Shown here piece by piece: positions 23,831-35,722 of a DNA stretch of 51,014 bases. Position 1 is the first letter of the stretch, and each line of letters opens with the position of its first letter. The notes below the pieces were generated by a model. That model did no database searches and had not been told where the DNA came from. It was given only the letters and a program-made list of their open reading frames with translations. Location of the stretch: the NCBI RefSeq assembly GCF_001194135.2, contig NC_068999.1:25029825-25080838 (forward strand), in the 5' to 3' direction. A program made the position numbers and the translations under genes. This stretch comes from Octopus bimaculoides. Lineage: Eukaryota.

Positions 23831-23989
23831 GGAGTGGCTGTGTGGTAAGTAGCTTGGTTACCAACCATATGGTTCCGGGTTCAGTCCGACAGCGTGACGC
23901 CTTGGGCAAGTGTCTTCCACTATAGCCTCAGGCCGACCAAAGTCTTTTGAGTGGATTTGATAGACAGAAACTGAAAGAATCCCGTCGTG

Positions 23990-24036
<47 letters not shown>

Positions 24037-24205
24037 TTGTGTGCCTGTGTTTATCCCCCACCATCGCTTGGTTCGGCAAAAGAGACCGATAGAATAAACA
24101 CTAGGCTTACAAAGAATAAGTCCTGGGGTCGATTTCTTCGACTAAAAGCGGTGCTCCAGCATGGCCGCAGTCAAATGACTGAAACAAATAAAACAATAAA
24201 ACAAT
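23831..24205 (+). mobile_element. Near full-length SINE family A with an internal (TA)n(TG)n tract
   Basis: A-box-like TGGCTGTGTGG, B-box-like GGGTTCAGTCC, a central microsatellite at 23988-24035 and an A-rich tail. Confidence 0.88.
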
Positions 24206-25149
24206 ACAAGTTCTGCTATTGTTCTTCTGTCTATTGTAAAAGCACGTATATGTATAATTTTTTTAGTGATATATTTTGCATAGTTTAGGTAAGTGTATAT
24301 AGAAGGGATGTGCCTAATTACACGTGGGATGAGTTTTATATTGGTCAAGTAATGAAGTAAAATGCGATGAATGAAGCAGAGTTAGTTGCTGTAACTTGAG
24401 TGACAGTTACATGTAAAAGGCACGGTGCAAGAAGCAAGCAACTATAATTCAAAGAAAGACTAGCTTTCAGAAGTTTGCAGTATACAACTATAGATGCAGT
24501 AGTGTTAAAAAGGGAATGCGGTAAAGTTGTTGGTGACTGAAAACCAGAGAGTTTCAATAACATTTGAATTTATAAAAATTCACTAAAGCATTAAAAATTA
24601 CTTGTAGGCAGCTCAGCGTATCATTGAAGGTGATTACAGGATTCTACAACATTTACTCGTTAAGTGAATTAAATGTTCGTAGAATATATTTATTTTGATG
24701 AGAACAAGGCAAGACACGCTCGGGCTTAAGAAACGCCTGCATCAGCATGCTGCACTTTCGAATCCATTGATGTACGACAATGCAATCTCGTTGACTAACT
24801 GATTTTGAAGGTATTATTTACTCTGTCCCTCATATCCCAAATATACTTAGATAAGCTGTATTGCTTCTGTGTTAGTATCTGAGTGTGTTGGTTAAACCTT
24901 GCTTCAAAAGATATTTGAGTTAAATCTATGGAGTGATTTTCGTTGTAGTGTACTCGCTCAATATGCTTACACTTTGTTGAGGATATTTACTGTTTAGTGG
25001 GCATATGATAGTGAGCGTTCTCATGTTTATATATGAATGTCTTGTATGGGGGAGGGGATCTATATAAAAACCTATATATACCTATATTCTTTCTTTATCC
25101 ACTCATTTAAACAAAAGCTTATGTTTACATGTATGAATATATATATATA

Positions 25150-25232
25150 ATTTTTCTAGTTCATGCATTTCACTCGTTTTTCCATCCTTTGTTTACGCAT
25201 TTCATGTTATTTGCACCGTTGGTGACGTCCTG

Positions 25233-25235
<3 letters not shown>
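25150..25235 (+). repeat. Terminal fragment of the GAAA...CTGATGA repeat, inverted relative to 25369-25454
   Basis: The roughly 86-bp arms are reverse complements with a few mismatches, separated by a TA/CA microsatellite. Confidence 0.85.
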
Positions 25236-25266
<31 letters not shown>

Positions 25267-25276
25267 ATACGTTATT

Positions 25277-25320
<44 letters not shown>

Positions 25321-25368
25321 ATATATATATATGTATATATATATATGTGTGTATGTGTGTGTGTATAG

Positions 25369-25731
25369 GTACAGGACGTCACCAACGGTACAAATAACAT
25401 GAAACGCGTAAACAAAGGATGGAAAAACGAGTGAAATGCATAAACGAGAAAAAAATGGTAAACAGAGAAAGGACCCTTCATCAGTTGTAGGCTGTCTATC
25501 TACTCCTCATTTCGAGCATTCAGTGACAATATGAGCCTTCAAAGACAGTTGCTCCCATAAATTCTAAAATAAAATCTAGGATTTATGGAGGGTCAAAGTT
25601 GAGAACACAAAAATGAAAGCGGTGACATACAAGGAAACCGAGCGAAAACAAACATGGAAGATCGTTAGACCAGAACGAGAGGAAAATAGTGAACGCTGGG
25701 AGGAACATTTTGTTTTGAAAAGAGAAAAGAT

Positions 25732-25780
<49 letters not shown>

Positions 25781-25869
25781 CACGTCCGTTCGTTTAAACA
25801 TCTGGGCAGGAAAAGAAAGATGGTCACGTGAGGATAAGAAAGATGGACGATGGTCACATGTAAGCAACG
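25369..25869 (-). repeat. Dispersed repeat (possibly a Penelope-like pseudo-LTR) with CGAAA...CTGATGA motifs
   Basis: Minus strand CGAAA (25514-25510) and CTGATGA (25484-25478). Ends GACGTCCTGTACC next to (TA/CA)n. Confidence 0.7.
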
Positions 25870-26239
25870 NNNNNNNNNNNNNNNNNNNNNNNNNNNNNNN
25901 NNNNNNNNNNNNNNNNNNNNNNNNNNNNNNNNNNNNNNNNNNNNNNNNNNNNNNNNNNNNNNNNNNNNNNNNNNNNNNNNNNNNNNNNNNNNNNNNNNNN
26001 NNNNNNNNNNNNNNNNNNNNNNNNNNNNNNNNNNNNNNNNNNNNNNNNNNNNNNNNNNNNNNNNNNNNNNNNNNNNNNNNNNNNNNNNNNNNNNNNNNNN
26101 NNNNNNNNNNNNNNNNNNNNNNNNNNNNNNNNNNNNNNNNNNNNNNNNNNNNNNNNNNNNNNNNNNNNNNNNNNNNNNNNNNNNNNNNNNNNNNNNNNNN
26201 NNNNNNNNNNNNNNNNNNNNNNNNNNNNNNNATATATAT

Positions 26240-26471
26240 ATGCATATATGGGTAAAGACGTCACCAATGGTGCAAATAGCAAATAACAAGAAATACTGAA
26301 ACACACGAGGGCAAAACGAGTGAAATACGTAAACAACAAGAAAAAATGGAAAACAGGACACGTTAACACAGAGAAAGGACCCTTCGTCAGTTGTCAGCTG
26401 TGTATCTACTCCTCATTTCGAGCATTCAACAACAATATGAGTCTTCAAAGACAGTTGCTCTCATAAATTCT
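26240..26471 (-). repeat. Second copy of the same repeat
   Basis: CGAAA (26420-26416) and CTGACGA (26390-26384). Ends GACGTCTTTACCCATATATGC next to (TA)n. Confidence 0.75.
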
Positions 26472-26574
26472 GTATGTATGTATGTATGTCCTACTCTTTT
26501 TCTTTTAAATTTTAGAATAAACTGTTGCCGGCCTCCTACTTGATGTGAAGGAAAGTATCATGTTTTAATCATCA

Positions 26575-27070
26575 TCCTTTAAATCTGAAAGGAGTCCTGC
26601 AGATTTTTATATTTCCAGACATCCTAATCATTTGTAGCACATGGATTAAGGATTTGCATTATCTCATCAAGATACCAAGTTCAACCATACTTTGCTCCAG
26701 AAGGGTTGGTAGTGTATCCAATAGGTATGAACCTGAAAGAGTATCTTGGGTACTTGATTTGGAAACTCCTTATCAATGGTCCGTAGAGGTTCTTTTTCTC
26801 TTGTATGTTTTCTAACCACTTTCGTGCCCAGAGGGCAGCTGATTTCCACAACAGAACGTTCTTTTTCTATGTGGTTCTATACAGCGATATCTGACCGGTT
26901 GTGTTTTAACTTGGTGACTGTTTTCATTTTTCAGTCTCACCAATATTCTTTTGACCCATCGGTCTCAATATGATCAACTTCGTTTGTGGAGATTTTCTTT
27001 TTTGTTCTCCTGTTTCAGACCGTTATGTCCATCACATTATGTGTCATGGGAAGATAATATCTGGAAGACA
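26575..27070 (-). pseudogene. R4/Dong-like LINE remnant: restriction-like endonuclease domain and C-terminus
   Basis: One frame reads SKEYW*D*KMKTVTKLKHNRSDIAV*NHIEKERSVVEISCP (HNRPD...E.SCP, PD-(D/E)xK type). The end reads SGNIKICRTPFRFKG*. Confidence 0.7.
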
Positions 27071-27589
27071 TTCTCTCACAGTAGGCAATAATGTGGTTAT
27101 TATCACAAATAATGCATTAATAGTTAAATATCAACAATTTCAAACGTTGAGTGAAATCGCAAACTATGATGTAAAATATTTGGTGTAAGGGAAGCAATAT
27201 TATCAAAGGGAGATAATTATTGCAATGCTCACGCCAGCTAACATGATCTCCACGTTAAATTAGAAATAGATTCAATGTATTTTTTACATGTACACAAACA
27301 CATACATCTCTCTCTTTTTACCCCACTTCTTTCTCCCTTCCTTCCTTCCTTTCTTTCTTTCCACCCCTCTCATCTTTCTCTCTTTTTATTAATGATAAAA
27401 TGAATTTAAATATTTTAAATCTAGTATAGAGTGACTTCAGCCAGCACCATTTTTTAATAACACACACACACGCGCGCGCGCGCGCTCGTATGCATGTGTT
27501 CTCTCCCATTTTAATTAGTTGATGTCTTCCTCTAAGGAATGAGCTCTTTCCAAACAAAGGTACTAAGTTCCGTCGCTGGAATGTAGACA

Positions 27590-27895
27590 ACAGAAACAAA
27601 TTCACATTTTGAACTTGAGAAAAGTTTTGCATACTTACTGGTTGTATTTGAAATGTGGTTGATTTCTTTTTGTGAGAACCCCAGCTTTTCCAGATTGTCA
27701 CTTAGATAATTGTTCACAAGACCAAGAATATTGGAATAAATGTAAAATTATAATCTGGGTATAGAAGTTGAAGGTTTCAAAGGAGCTATCTGTAGTTATC
27801 TTCTTTTCTCTTTCAAATTCTCTATGAGGCTGCGGGAGTCTCCAAAATATAATGTCTGATACGACTTGGTGTTTAGCCTGACAGTAAGACAAGCA
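27590..27895 (-). pseudogene. Second R4/Dong-like REL C-terminal remnant
   Basis: KEDNYR*LL*NLQLLYPDYNFTFIPI, NLEKLGFSQKE and CKTFLKFKM*. Confidence 0.65.
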
Positions 27896-27899
27896 AAGC

Positions 27900-28090
27900 C
27901 TATCTTATCTTTTATTTGCCTCAGTCATTGAAGGGTTTTTAGTCAAGTGTATCGACCCCAGTACTTATTTTTTAAAAGCCTGGTACTTATTATATCAATC
28001 TTTTTTTGCCAAGTTGCTAGATTACAGGCATGAAAACACACCAGCACTGGTTGTTAAATGGTGGGAAAAACACAGACTCAAAGACACACT
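27900..28090 (-). mobile_element. SINE family A, 3' portion
   Basis: ATCGACCCCAGTACTTATT...GTACTTATTATATC core, as in 24085-24140. Confidence 0.6.
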
Positions 28091-28719
28091 CATAAAAATC
28101 TTAGGTTATAAAACCCCCTCAAGGGGATTTGAAAACTCCTTCATATTCCAGGTTTTGGTTGTCTTTAAGTTCACTCCATTTTAATTATGACCATCCTTCA
28201 TTTGAAGAGACCTTTTAGAAGCAAAAAATTTCTTCCACTCTTGCTATACGGATGTTGGTTATTGTTTTAGCATTCACCTCACTTTCATGCATCTAAATTT
28301 ATTGCTCTTCATAACTTCTATATAAAAAGATTATCTATTATCACCAATAAAGACATAAATGGCAACAAATTCCACAAATCAGAGAAGTTTGAATTTATGA
28401 ACTAAAAAGCAAAAAAAAATTCGTGTAAGGGAGACAACTATCTCAAAGGGAGATATTTTATGAAATAACCTAAATCGAGTCTAATCCAATGGTTTTAAAA
28501 AAATAGAAATCCCGTTAGTGACAGCTATAGATAGATAGATAGATAGATACTTGTTATTTTGAAATTTTACTGAACATTTGAAATTTAACTACCTAAATTG
28601 CTGAACTAAAATATCAAAATAACAAGCAACACACCTAAGGGAGGCTATTTCTAATACAAGGGAGGTAAGTTCTAAATTATTGTTAGTCGAGGAAGGGAGG
28701 CAACTTAGTGTATCTGACA

Positions 28720-28875
28720 AAGTGCAATGCGGCTTTTTTTCCGTCCTAAGTTCACATTCCGCTAACTTCGGCTTTTTATTTCGTGGTCGATAAAATAAGT
28801 ATCAGTTGAGCACTGTTGTTGCTCAACTCTCCTTACCAAAAATTGCTAGCTTTTTTTTCAAATGGTGAAAAGATT
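28720..28875 (+). mobile_element. Decayed SINE family B fragment
   Basis: GTCGATAAAATAAGTATCAGTTGAGCACTG core. Confidence 0.55.
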
Positions 28876-29145
28876 ATCCTAGTCAAAGTTCCTTCTTGAT
28901 CCAGTAGACTAAGGATTAAAAACGTTCGAGCTGTGACCATTCTATCTATTCTCAAACGCTATTCTTAGAGAACAATATTTCCCATTTAAGACAAGTGTGA
29001 ACTGATGGAAATTTGGCTGCTAGATTAAGCCAATCGAACGATCGCTTCAATGCACTTCGAATTTACGGCACTTTGCTCAGTAAGTTGGTTTGTTCTTCTT
29101 TTACTTTTTCTTGATTAACATTCTTGTGTACTCTTCGGCAAAAGG

Positions 29146-29897
29146 GGATCTAATTCGAAACGGGGGCACCAGTTTTCATTTATGTTTTATGTAGTGTTTT
29201 TGGTACCGAAAGACTTTCAAACTTCGTGTACTTATCTATTTTGTGTTATAGAACAGAAAAAAAATTTTGTATTCGAAGTTATTTCATGTAAAAAATTATC
29301 TTATTTCGATAATTTCAACCAATCACTGACAAGTATTCAGCTGTTTACACTTACTCCTTTGGCAGTTTAAGCGGTTCCTTTGGCAGTTTAAGCGGTGTAA
29401 AGCGTATTTAATCTCAATTACTTCTGACATTTTGCAGAGAGGGAACACACGTGTGTTCGTTTTCCTTCGTTTTATTTTTAATATAATTTCGTTAACATCT
29501 GCCTGAACTGTATGTGTACAACATTTGCCCTAACCCTAGCCCTAACCCTAACCCTAACCCTTCCCTCAAAAACCAGGCCTTGTGCCTATAATAGAAAGGT
29601 TTATTAGCTACTGCCAATATGCTTCAGCCATTTTTTGACAAGGAAATAATAATTTTATCACCGCCAGAATCGTTTGTTTACGTAGTCAGCACTTACTGTA
29701 TTCGGCTGAATGGACGTCAGTCATTGGTTGAAATTACAGAAATACGACAACTTTAACATGAAATAAGTTGCAATATAATATTTTTTCTTAAGAAGACTAA
29801 GAGAAAAAGATGTTTTATATGACACATTCTACCAGTGTCCCAAGTTTCAAAGTGTTTCGTTAAGAAAATACTGGCGCCCCCGTTTTGAACTAGATCC
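29146..29897. mobile_element. Complete 752-bp MITE with GG...CC termini, long imperfect TIRs, an 8-bp TSD and internal (CCCTAA)n; Merlin-type signature
   Basis: Starts GGATCTAATTCGAAACGGGGGCACCAG and ends CTGGCGCCCCCGTTTTGAACTAGATCC. TSD GCAAAAGG at 29138-29145 and 29898-29905. CCCTAA repeats at 29528-29561. Confidence 0.88.
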
Positions 29898-30632
29898 GCA
29901 AAAGGTTCTGACCATAAGTTGAAATGTTAATCACGCACATATTATATTACTTGCAGGTAATAGTTCTAACTCTTTCTACTTATTTTGTCTCCAGTAACTA
30001 TGAATTATTTTCATATTATCTAGCGTGTTGCATTAGAGGAAACGTCGCTAATATATATTTTTTAACAAGCTAACTGACTAACCGCGACACCAGCGCCTGT
30101 TCGGACATTCTGGCACTGCCAGTCTATATATCGCTGGCGGGGAGATGAATCGCTGCTTCCTCTAGCGGTCGAGTGTGCATCATTGACAAGACAAAATCAC
30201 GTGATTTCGTAGTCCCGGTGCTGGAGGTAGTGGTGGGTTAATTTTTCCGTTCGCGATATAAGAGTGCATTTTGCATCAAAAAGTCAATATGAAAGTTTCT
30301 CTCATGGTTACTACCGAAATATAATTTGTTCCAATAGAACAGCCACGCTTAAGTGGGGATAAATATTGCTTTTAACTTTTACTTTCGTTATCTCATGAAT
30401 GTTGTATTATTAAGTCAAAAATATGCACACATGTAAAATATAAATGATGTGGGTTAATAAAAATATATGAAAACTCAAATTGATATTAGTGCGGTCATTC
30501 TTGTCTTCATACGCAGTCTATATAATACTGTGTATTACAAAACAAAAATTAGCGACTAAAGACCAGCTAAAATATCATTGGAAGTGCTTGTAGTCCTGGA
30601 AAATAGAAAAGGTTTGTAATATACCCAGAAGT

Positions 30633-30838
30633 TAAGGCGGTGAACTGGCAGAATCGGTACCATGCCGGAGAAAATGCTAAGTGGCATTTCGTCCGTTTTT
30701 ACGTTCTGAGTTCAAATTCCACCGAGGTCGACTTTGCCCTTCATCCTTTCGGGATCCATTTAAGCACTGGGCCCGATGTAATCAAGCTTTTCTCAGCCTG
30801 AGCTTACTGGCCTTGTGCCAAAATTTGAAACCAATATT
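30633..30838 (+). mobile_element. SINE family B
   Basis: AAGGCGGTGAACTGGCAGAATC...GAGTTCAAATTCC...GGCCTTGTGCCAAAATTTGAAACC. Confidence 0.8.
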
Positions 30839-31129
30839 CCCTGGAGTTCATTAAATGTTTGTTACCCTTGAAATATATTTCAGTGTACCCCCAAAATAAG
30901 GTATATTAAACCACTTGACAATCGATCCGGTTTTTGCTAAGGTTCTTAATTTTCATTTAGTGCACAATATAGGCTTTTCTTTTTTGTTACTATCGTTGTC
31001 CCCAAACAACATATATGTATGTATCCATGCAAACATGTATATATGTAATATACCCGATCTTAACTCCTCTTTCTTGATAGGAAAAATGTAACAGAAAGAG
31101 CATATATCGCTCATTATTAGAAAACATGC

Positions 31130-31341
31130 AAGGGCGGCGAGCGGGCAGAATCGTTAACACTCTGGACAAAATACTTAACGGCATTTCATCTTTCTTTACG
31201 TTTTTAGTTCAAATTCCGCCGTGGTCGACTTTACCTTTTATCGATAAAATAAGTACCGGCTGAGCACTGGGATCGAAATATAATCGACTTACGCCTTCCC
31301 CTGAAACTACTGGCTTTGTGTCAAAATTTGAAACCATTATT
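31130..31341 (+). mobile_element. SINE family B
   Basis: GGCGGCGAGCGGGCAGAATCGTT...GATAAAATAAGTACC...AAAATTTGAAACCATTATT. Confidence 0.8.
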
Positions 31342-31679
31342 AGAAAATATGCAATTCATGACAATAAAATAAAATGTCTTTTGGCGTATGCCGTTATCTA
31401 CACTCCTCAACGAACTCATTCATCTTAATTTTAAATTAAACTTAAAATTCTTCAAATTTAAGCTTAAATTAAAGACCGCAAACACATTTTGATTATACTC
31501 ACGAAGGTGTTAGTTGTTCGATTTATTTTAAAGGGATATTTTTATGGAATATTTCACCTAATTTTCTTGTTACTGGAAAAGTAGCTAACGCATACCATGA
31601 AATTGTCTTCCGTTTTCCATTTTCCTCTTCCTTCTCTTTCTCCTCCTCCGCCACTCTATCATTTTACGTCCTTTTCCCA

Positions 31680-31910
31680 TGCTGACTTGCGTTGGACAGT
31701 GCAACAGGATTCGAGTCAGTTCTTACAGAGTCACTGCCCTCCTAGATGGATAGGCGGACCACGTCTTTGCTCTAACATCTCAGTTTTGGCATAGTTTCTA
31801 ATGTTGGATGAACACCAACCACTTTACAGGTTGTACTGAGTGTACTTCGCCATGGCACCAACACTAGAGAGATTGTCACTCCCTCAGCAAGACCAAAGAG
31901 TCCTCTCAAC
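31680..31910 (-). mobile_element. Decayed RTE-type 3' tail
   Basis: TTTTGGCATAGTTTCTA...CACCAACCACTTTACA...ATGGCACCA resembles 3700-3810 and 8680-8850. Confidence 0.5.
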
Positions 31911-32325
31911 CCGGCTTTGTCTCTACCCGATTTGCTATCCACTTTACAAAGTGAATCATGTCAATTTCTGAGATTGCTTTATATAGCTCATGAGACTAAA
32001 CTGACCAAACGGCTTAGAGGGAGAATAGAAGAGAATGTGATGACTTTAAATGAAGTGCCATTCAAGAATAACAGGAGGAACAGATTTATTGTTGTGAGAA
32101 GATTGTAGAATAAAACAGCAATAGAATAGAGGTGATGGAAGAGATGTGTGGTTGGTAAAGGAATGAATAATGGTGGGATGAGCAGCAGGAAGATGAGGAG
32201 AGCAGCAGCTGTAGACTTGTCTGACATATATTAAGCAAGAAACAAATATGTGCATACATATACTCATATAAACTTACATACATACATGTATTCGTATACA
32301 CGCATACAAGCATGCATACATATAT

Positions 32326-32370
<45 letters not shown>

Positions 32371-32554
32371 GGCAAACATAAATGAAAACACAAATACATA
32401 CATACATACATGCATACATACATACATACATACATACATACATACATACATACATACATAAAAAAATACACATGTTATGTCTCGAACTGCCATCACTACT
32501 ACCATTTTAAACATCTGTTTCGCAATGCTTATACAGATGTGCACGTCTTCTCTA

Positions 32555-32680
32555 GCACTGCATGTTCCTAGCCATCTCTTCTGGGAAGCTCAATATCATG
32601 TAATCAGCCTTTAGCACCCCATCCCACGTCTACCAAGGTCTCTCTCTTCCAGTTTCCTTCAACTAGCACTGACAGGCTAT
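32555..32680 (-). pseudogene. RTE C-terminal fragment
   Basis: LKETGRERPW*TWDGVLKADYMILSFPEEM, which corresponds to the GRGRPRKTWD motif. Confidence 0.55.
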
Positions 32681-32689
32681 CAACCTGAA

Positions 32690-33420
32690 ATATATCTATT
32701 TGGTGGTAAACGCTATCAGATTCAATTTGCTCCATATCATTCCTGAGGAGCAAAGTGGTGCACCAAGTCTTGGTTAGGCGTTTAATGACAGTTCCTTGTG
32801 GTTGTGGTAATTTGGTTTACTGTAAAGCTTTGATAAGCTATCTTTGTGGAATCAAAAGCCCTCTGGTAGTCCAGCAACCCTACAATTAAGTTCTTGCGAT
32901 TTTTACTTTTTTCCGGGATCATTTTGTTGGCTAGTAGCTGCTCTATATAGCACCACGACTCCTTCTTTTTCCCCAGCTTGTTCAAGCGTTATAATGTTGT
33001 CGGTGGCATAATGATCCGGCAAGAACAGATTGAGGCACCCAGTGTATAATTTGTACATGTTTTAGCAAGGTTGGTTTGGCTATTTTAGAGGATGGAGAGA
33101 GTAATTGCAGTTGATAACAAACGCTTGCCATTGATACTTTTTCCAGACAACCGTATGAAATCTCACTGATAAAAGGTGAAATTCTTCAGCTAGTAGCCTG
33201 TAATGAGATCTGAGCCTGGGGATTTCCTGTTTGACATTTTCCGTAGAACTATTTCACTGTTTTCACGTCAATTTCATAATCCTTTTGCTGGTCATGCTGG
33301 CAAGAAGTCCTGCTCCACTTCTTTCAGTCATACAGCTTGTTTGTTGAATTCATCATTTGTTTCCTATACACACTTCCAGTAACCCTCAACCCAATCTTTT
33401 CTGTGTGCGTGTGAGGTGGG
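32690..33420 (-). pseudogene. R4/Dong-like LINE RT N-terminal remnant
   Basis: RKMSNRKSPGSDLITGY*LK and IEQLLANKMIPEKSKNRKNLIVGLLDYQRAFDS (EQLLINK...DY.KAFDS motif). Confidence 0.7.
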
Positions 33421-34165
33421 GGGTCTTTTTACGGAGATTGAGCCTTTCGCATTATAGCTGCGACTAACTCACTTCAGATTCCTGGGAAATAATTTATTGA
33501 GCATTTACCGTTTATCGACTGTATATTTATATTTTAGTTTTTCAGTTGTAGCTGTGTGTTGTTGTTTCAGCTAGTGCAGTTTGGAGTTTAGGTTTTTGAA
33601 TCTTGTGTCACCTAATTGCCTCTCTATTTTTTTCTGGGGTGTTCTTGATGTCGCGTGAAATTGTTTTCTATGTTACATTTCATAACTACAACAATTTGTG
33701 AGGTACATTTTCGCAGGAGTAAAATTTTCATTTGTTAAATTATGTACTCTTGCTGGTTCAGGCTTTCTTCTTGTATTTCGATTGCATCGCTTCAACTCTT
33801 TGCGACACACATGCAATGTAATAGCTGAAATATTGTTGTGGAAGGATTCAGACCACCCCCAAGTTACTAAAAGTGGACTGACACATTGCTATAAAATAAA
33901 GAACTGTCAGTGAGCAATGGATTTAGTAAGCAGTTCACTGTGAGCCGTTCATTGAGAGCGTTAAGTCTCGTGTAATAGTGGCCGTATTGCGTCGTGTAAA
34001 TACTTTCATCCCCCACCCCGCTTGCTTCTTTAAATTATATATCCAGCATTAAGATATAAAAAAAATATATCATAAGATTAATGGTTTCGTAGGTTGTTTT
34101 TATACCTCCAGATTGTGTAGTCTTCCGATATTTCTTTGCTTTTTCGTTTACTGCTTCTGATTCTA

Positions 34166-34362
34166 CAGGGTGTCCACAAAGTCTGGGTACATGGGGATTA
34201 ACACATACTTTAAGAAATTATTATTTCTTATATTTAATTGTTTATGTTATGATTTTATTTACTCCATGTACCCACATGGGGATTAACGCATACTTTAATT
34301 ATTACTTCTAACATTTAATTGTTTATGTTATGATTTTATTTACTCCATGTATCCAGACCCTG
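34166..34362. mobile_element. Tc1/mariner-type MITE with a duplicated core
   Basis: TA-CAGGGTGTCCACAAAGTCTGGGTACATGG...CCATGTATCCAGACCCTG-TA. Internal tandem units at 34189-34273 and 34274-34354. Confidence 0.75.
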
Positions 34363-34947
34363 TATTTTACTGGGTTCATTACTTATACTGGTGCTGTTTG
34401 GCCTGTCATTGAAACTAGGGTTGTGGACCCGTTGAAATATATCGTCCGAGATCACTTGTAAGGTGTCCACAAGTTTTTAGTGCCCTTCTGTTTGTAAAGT
34501 ATAAATATGGATTTTAGCTAAATTGTTGGTGTGTTGTTTACTACTAGATTTAGCTGAGCGTTCTGTCTATCTGTCTGGCTCTGTATGCATGCTTGTATGT
34601 AAACGTGTCCGCAGTGAACACACAGACATGGCAAATTTTACTATTTCTCCATAGATTGAAAAAAAAAAAAAAGAAACACGTGGTCAACAGCCTTAATCGA
34701 TTTTTGAACCTTATTGGGTTCTCATCCCAGAGAAACAAGTACCCAATCTGTTTCTATATACAACAAATCCAACAGCTACAGAGAACTGGAGCTACTAAGT
34801 TGCGTATTTTAACTATTTAACACTATTTGATATCAGCGGCCTGATATTAAATATATACATACATAAATGATGTTGAAATTCCAATGAAGGAACTTTGGAT
34901 CTAGGTTAGAAACCGGCTCTTTCTCTATTGGCAAGAATATTGAAATA

Positions 34948-35105
34948 AAACTGAACAATGACATACATACATACATACATACATACATACATACATACAT
35001 ACATGCATACATACATACATACATACATACATACATACATACATACATTCGTGCATATGCATGAATTCATACATACATACGTACGTACATACATGCATTC
35101 ACATA

Positions 35106-35135
<30 letters not shown>
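34948..35135. repeat. (CATA)n microsatellite; similar tracts at 32390-32460, 37490-37840 and 43380-43510
   Basis: Directly visible. Confidence 0.95.
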
Positions 35136-35136
<1 letters not shown>

Positions 35137-35159
35137 CATTCTTCTAATTCATCATCGGC

Positions 35160-35676
35160 GACTATGACTCACTTCATGAATCAAAATTCTGCAGATGGAG
35201 CGATCATCAGCTTCCCGGTACCACTAGTTAGCAGGGATAATTGATCTTTAAGTTTCTGCCTGAAAGCGTCCTTGAATCACAATTTGGGTCTTCCAGAGTT
35301 TTGATAGCCGTCAGCTAGTTGTAAGAACAGGAACCCCAAAGAAGATTCCTCTACATCAATAGATAATACATGGATTGAAAGCCAGCCCTCCTGACGGCTT
35401 TACATTTGAGATAGGTTACCATCATTTGATGTCTATGATAGTTTTCACATGCTGCATGACAAAAACGCTAATCCTTTTGACTTGTAATTTGTAAAGTGTC
35501 CATGCTTCTGTACCATACAAAAGAATGGAGATAATGTATACTTTACATGTTACAGCTTTACCATAGTCACTCAGTAAGACGTTCAAATGCAGATGTAGCT
35601 TTATAAATAGGACGAAGGATAAAGATCATTCGCGAGTCATATAAGCTCATAGGGCCGGTTTCCCGGCTTCCATGGC

Positions 35677-35722
<46 letters not shown>

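Noticed and set aside
23831-23910. tRNA-like heads with A and B boxes
   Set aside because: They lack a full cloverleaf and continue into SINE bodies, so they are not tRNA genes.
24690-24790. LGLKKRLHQH, resembling the GIY-YIG R..EH motif
   Set aside because: Too short, and no GIY or YIG motif is recoverable upstream.
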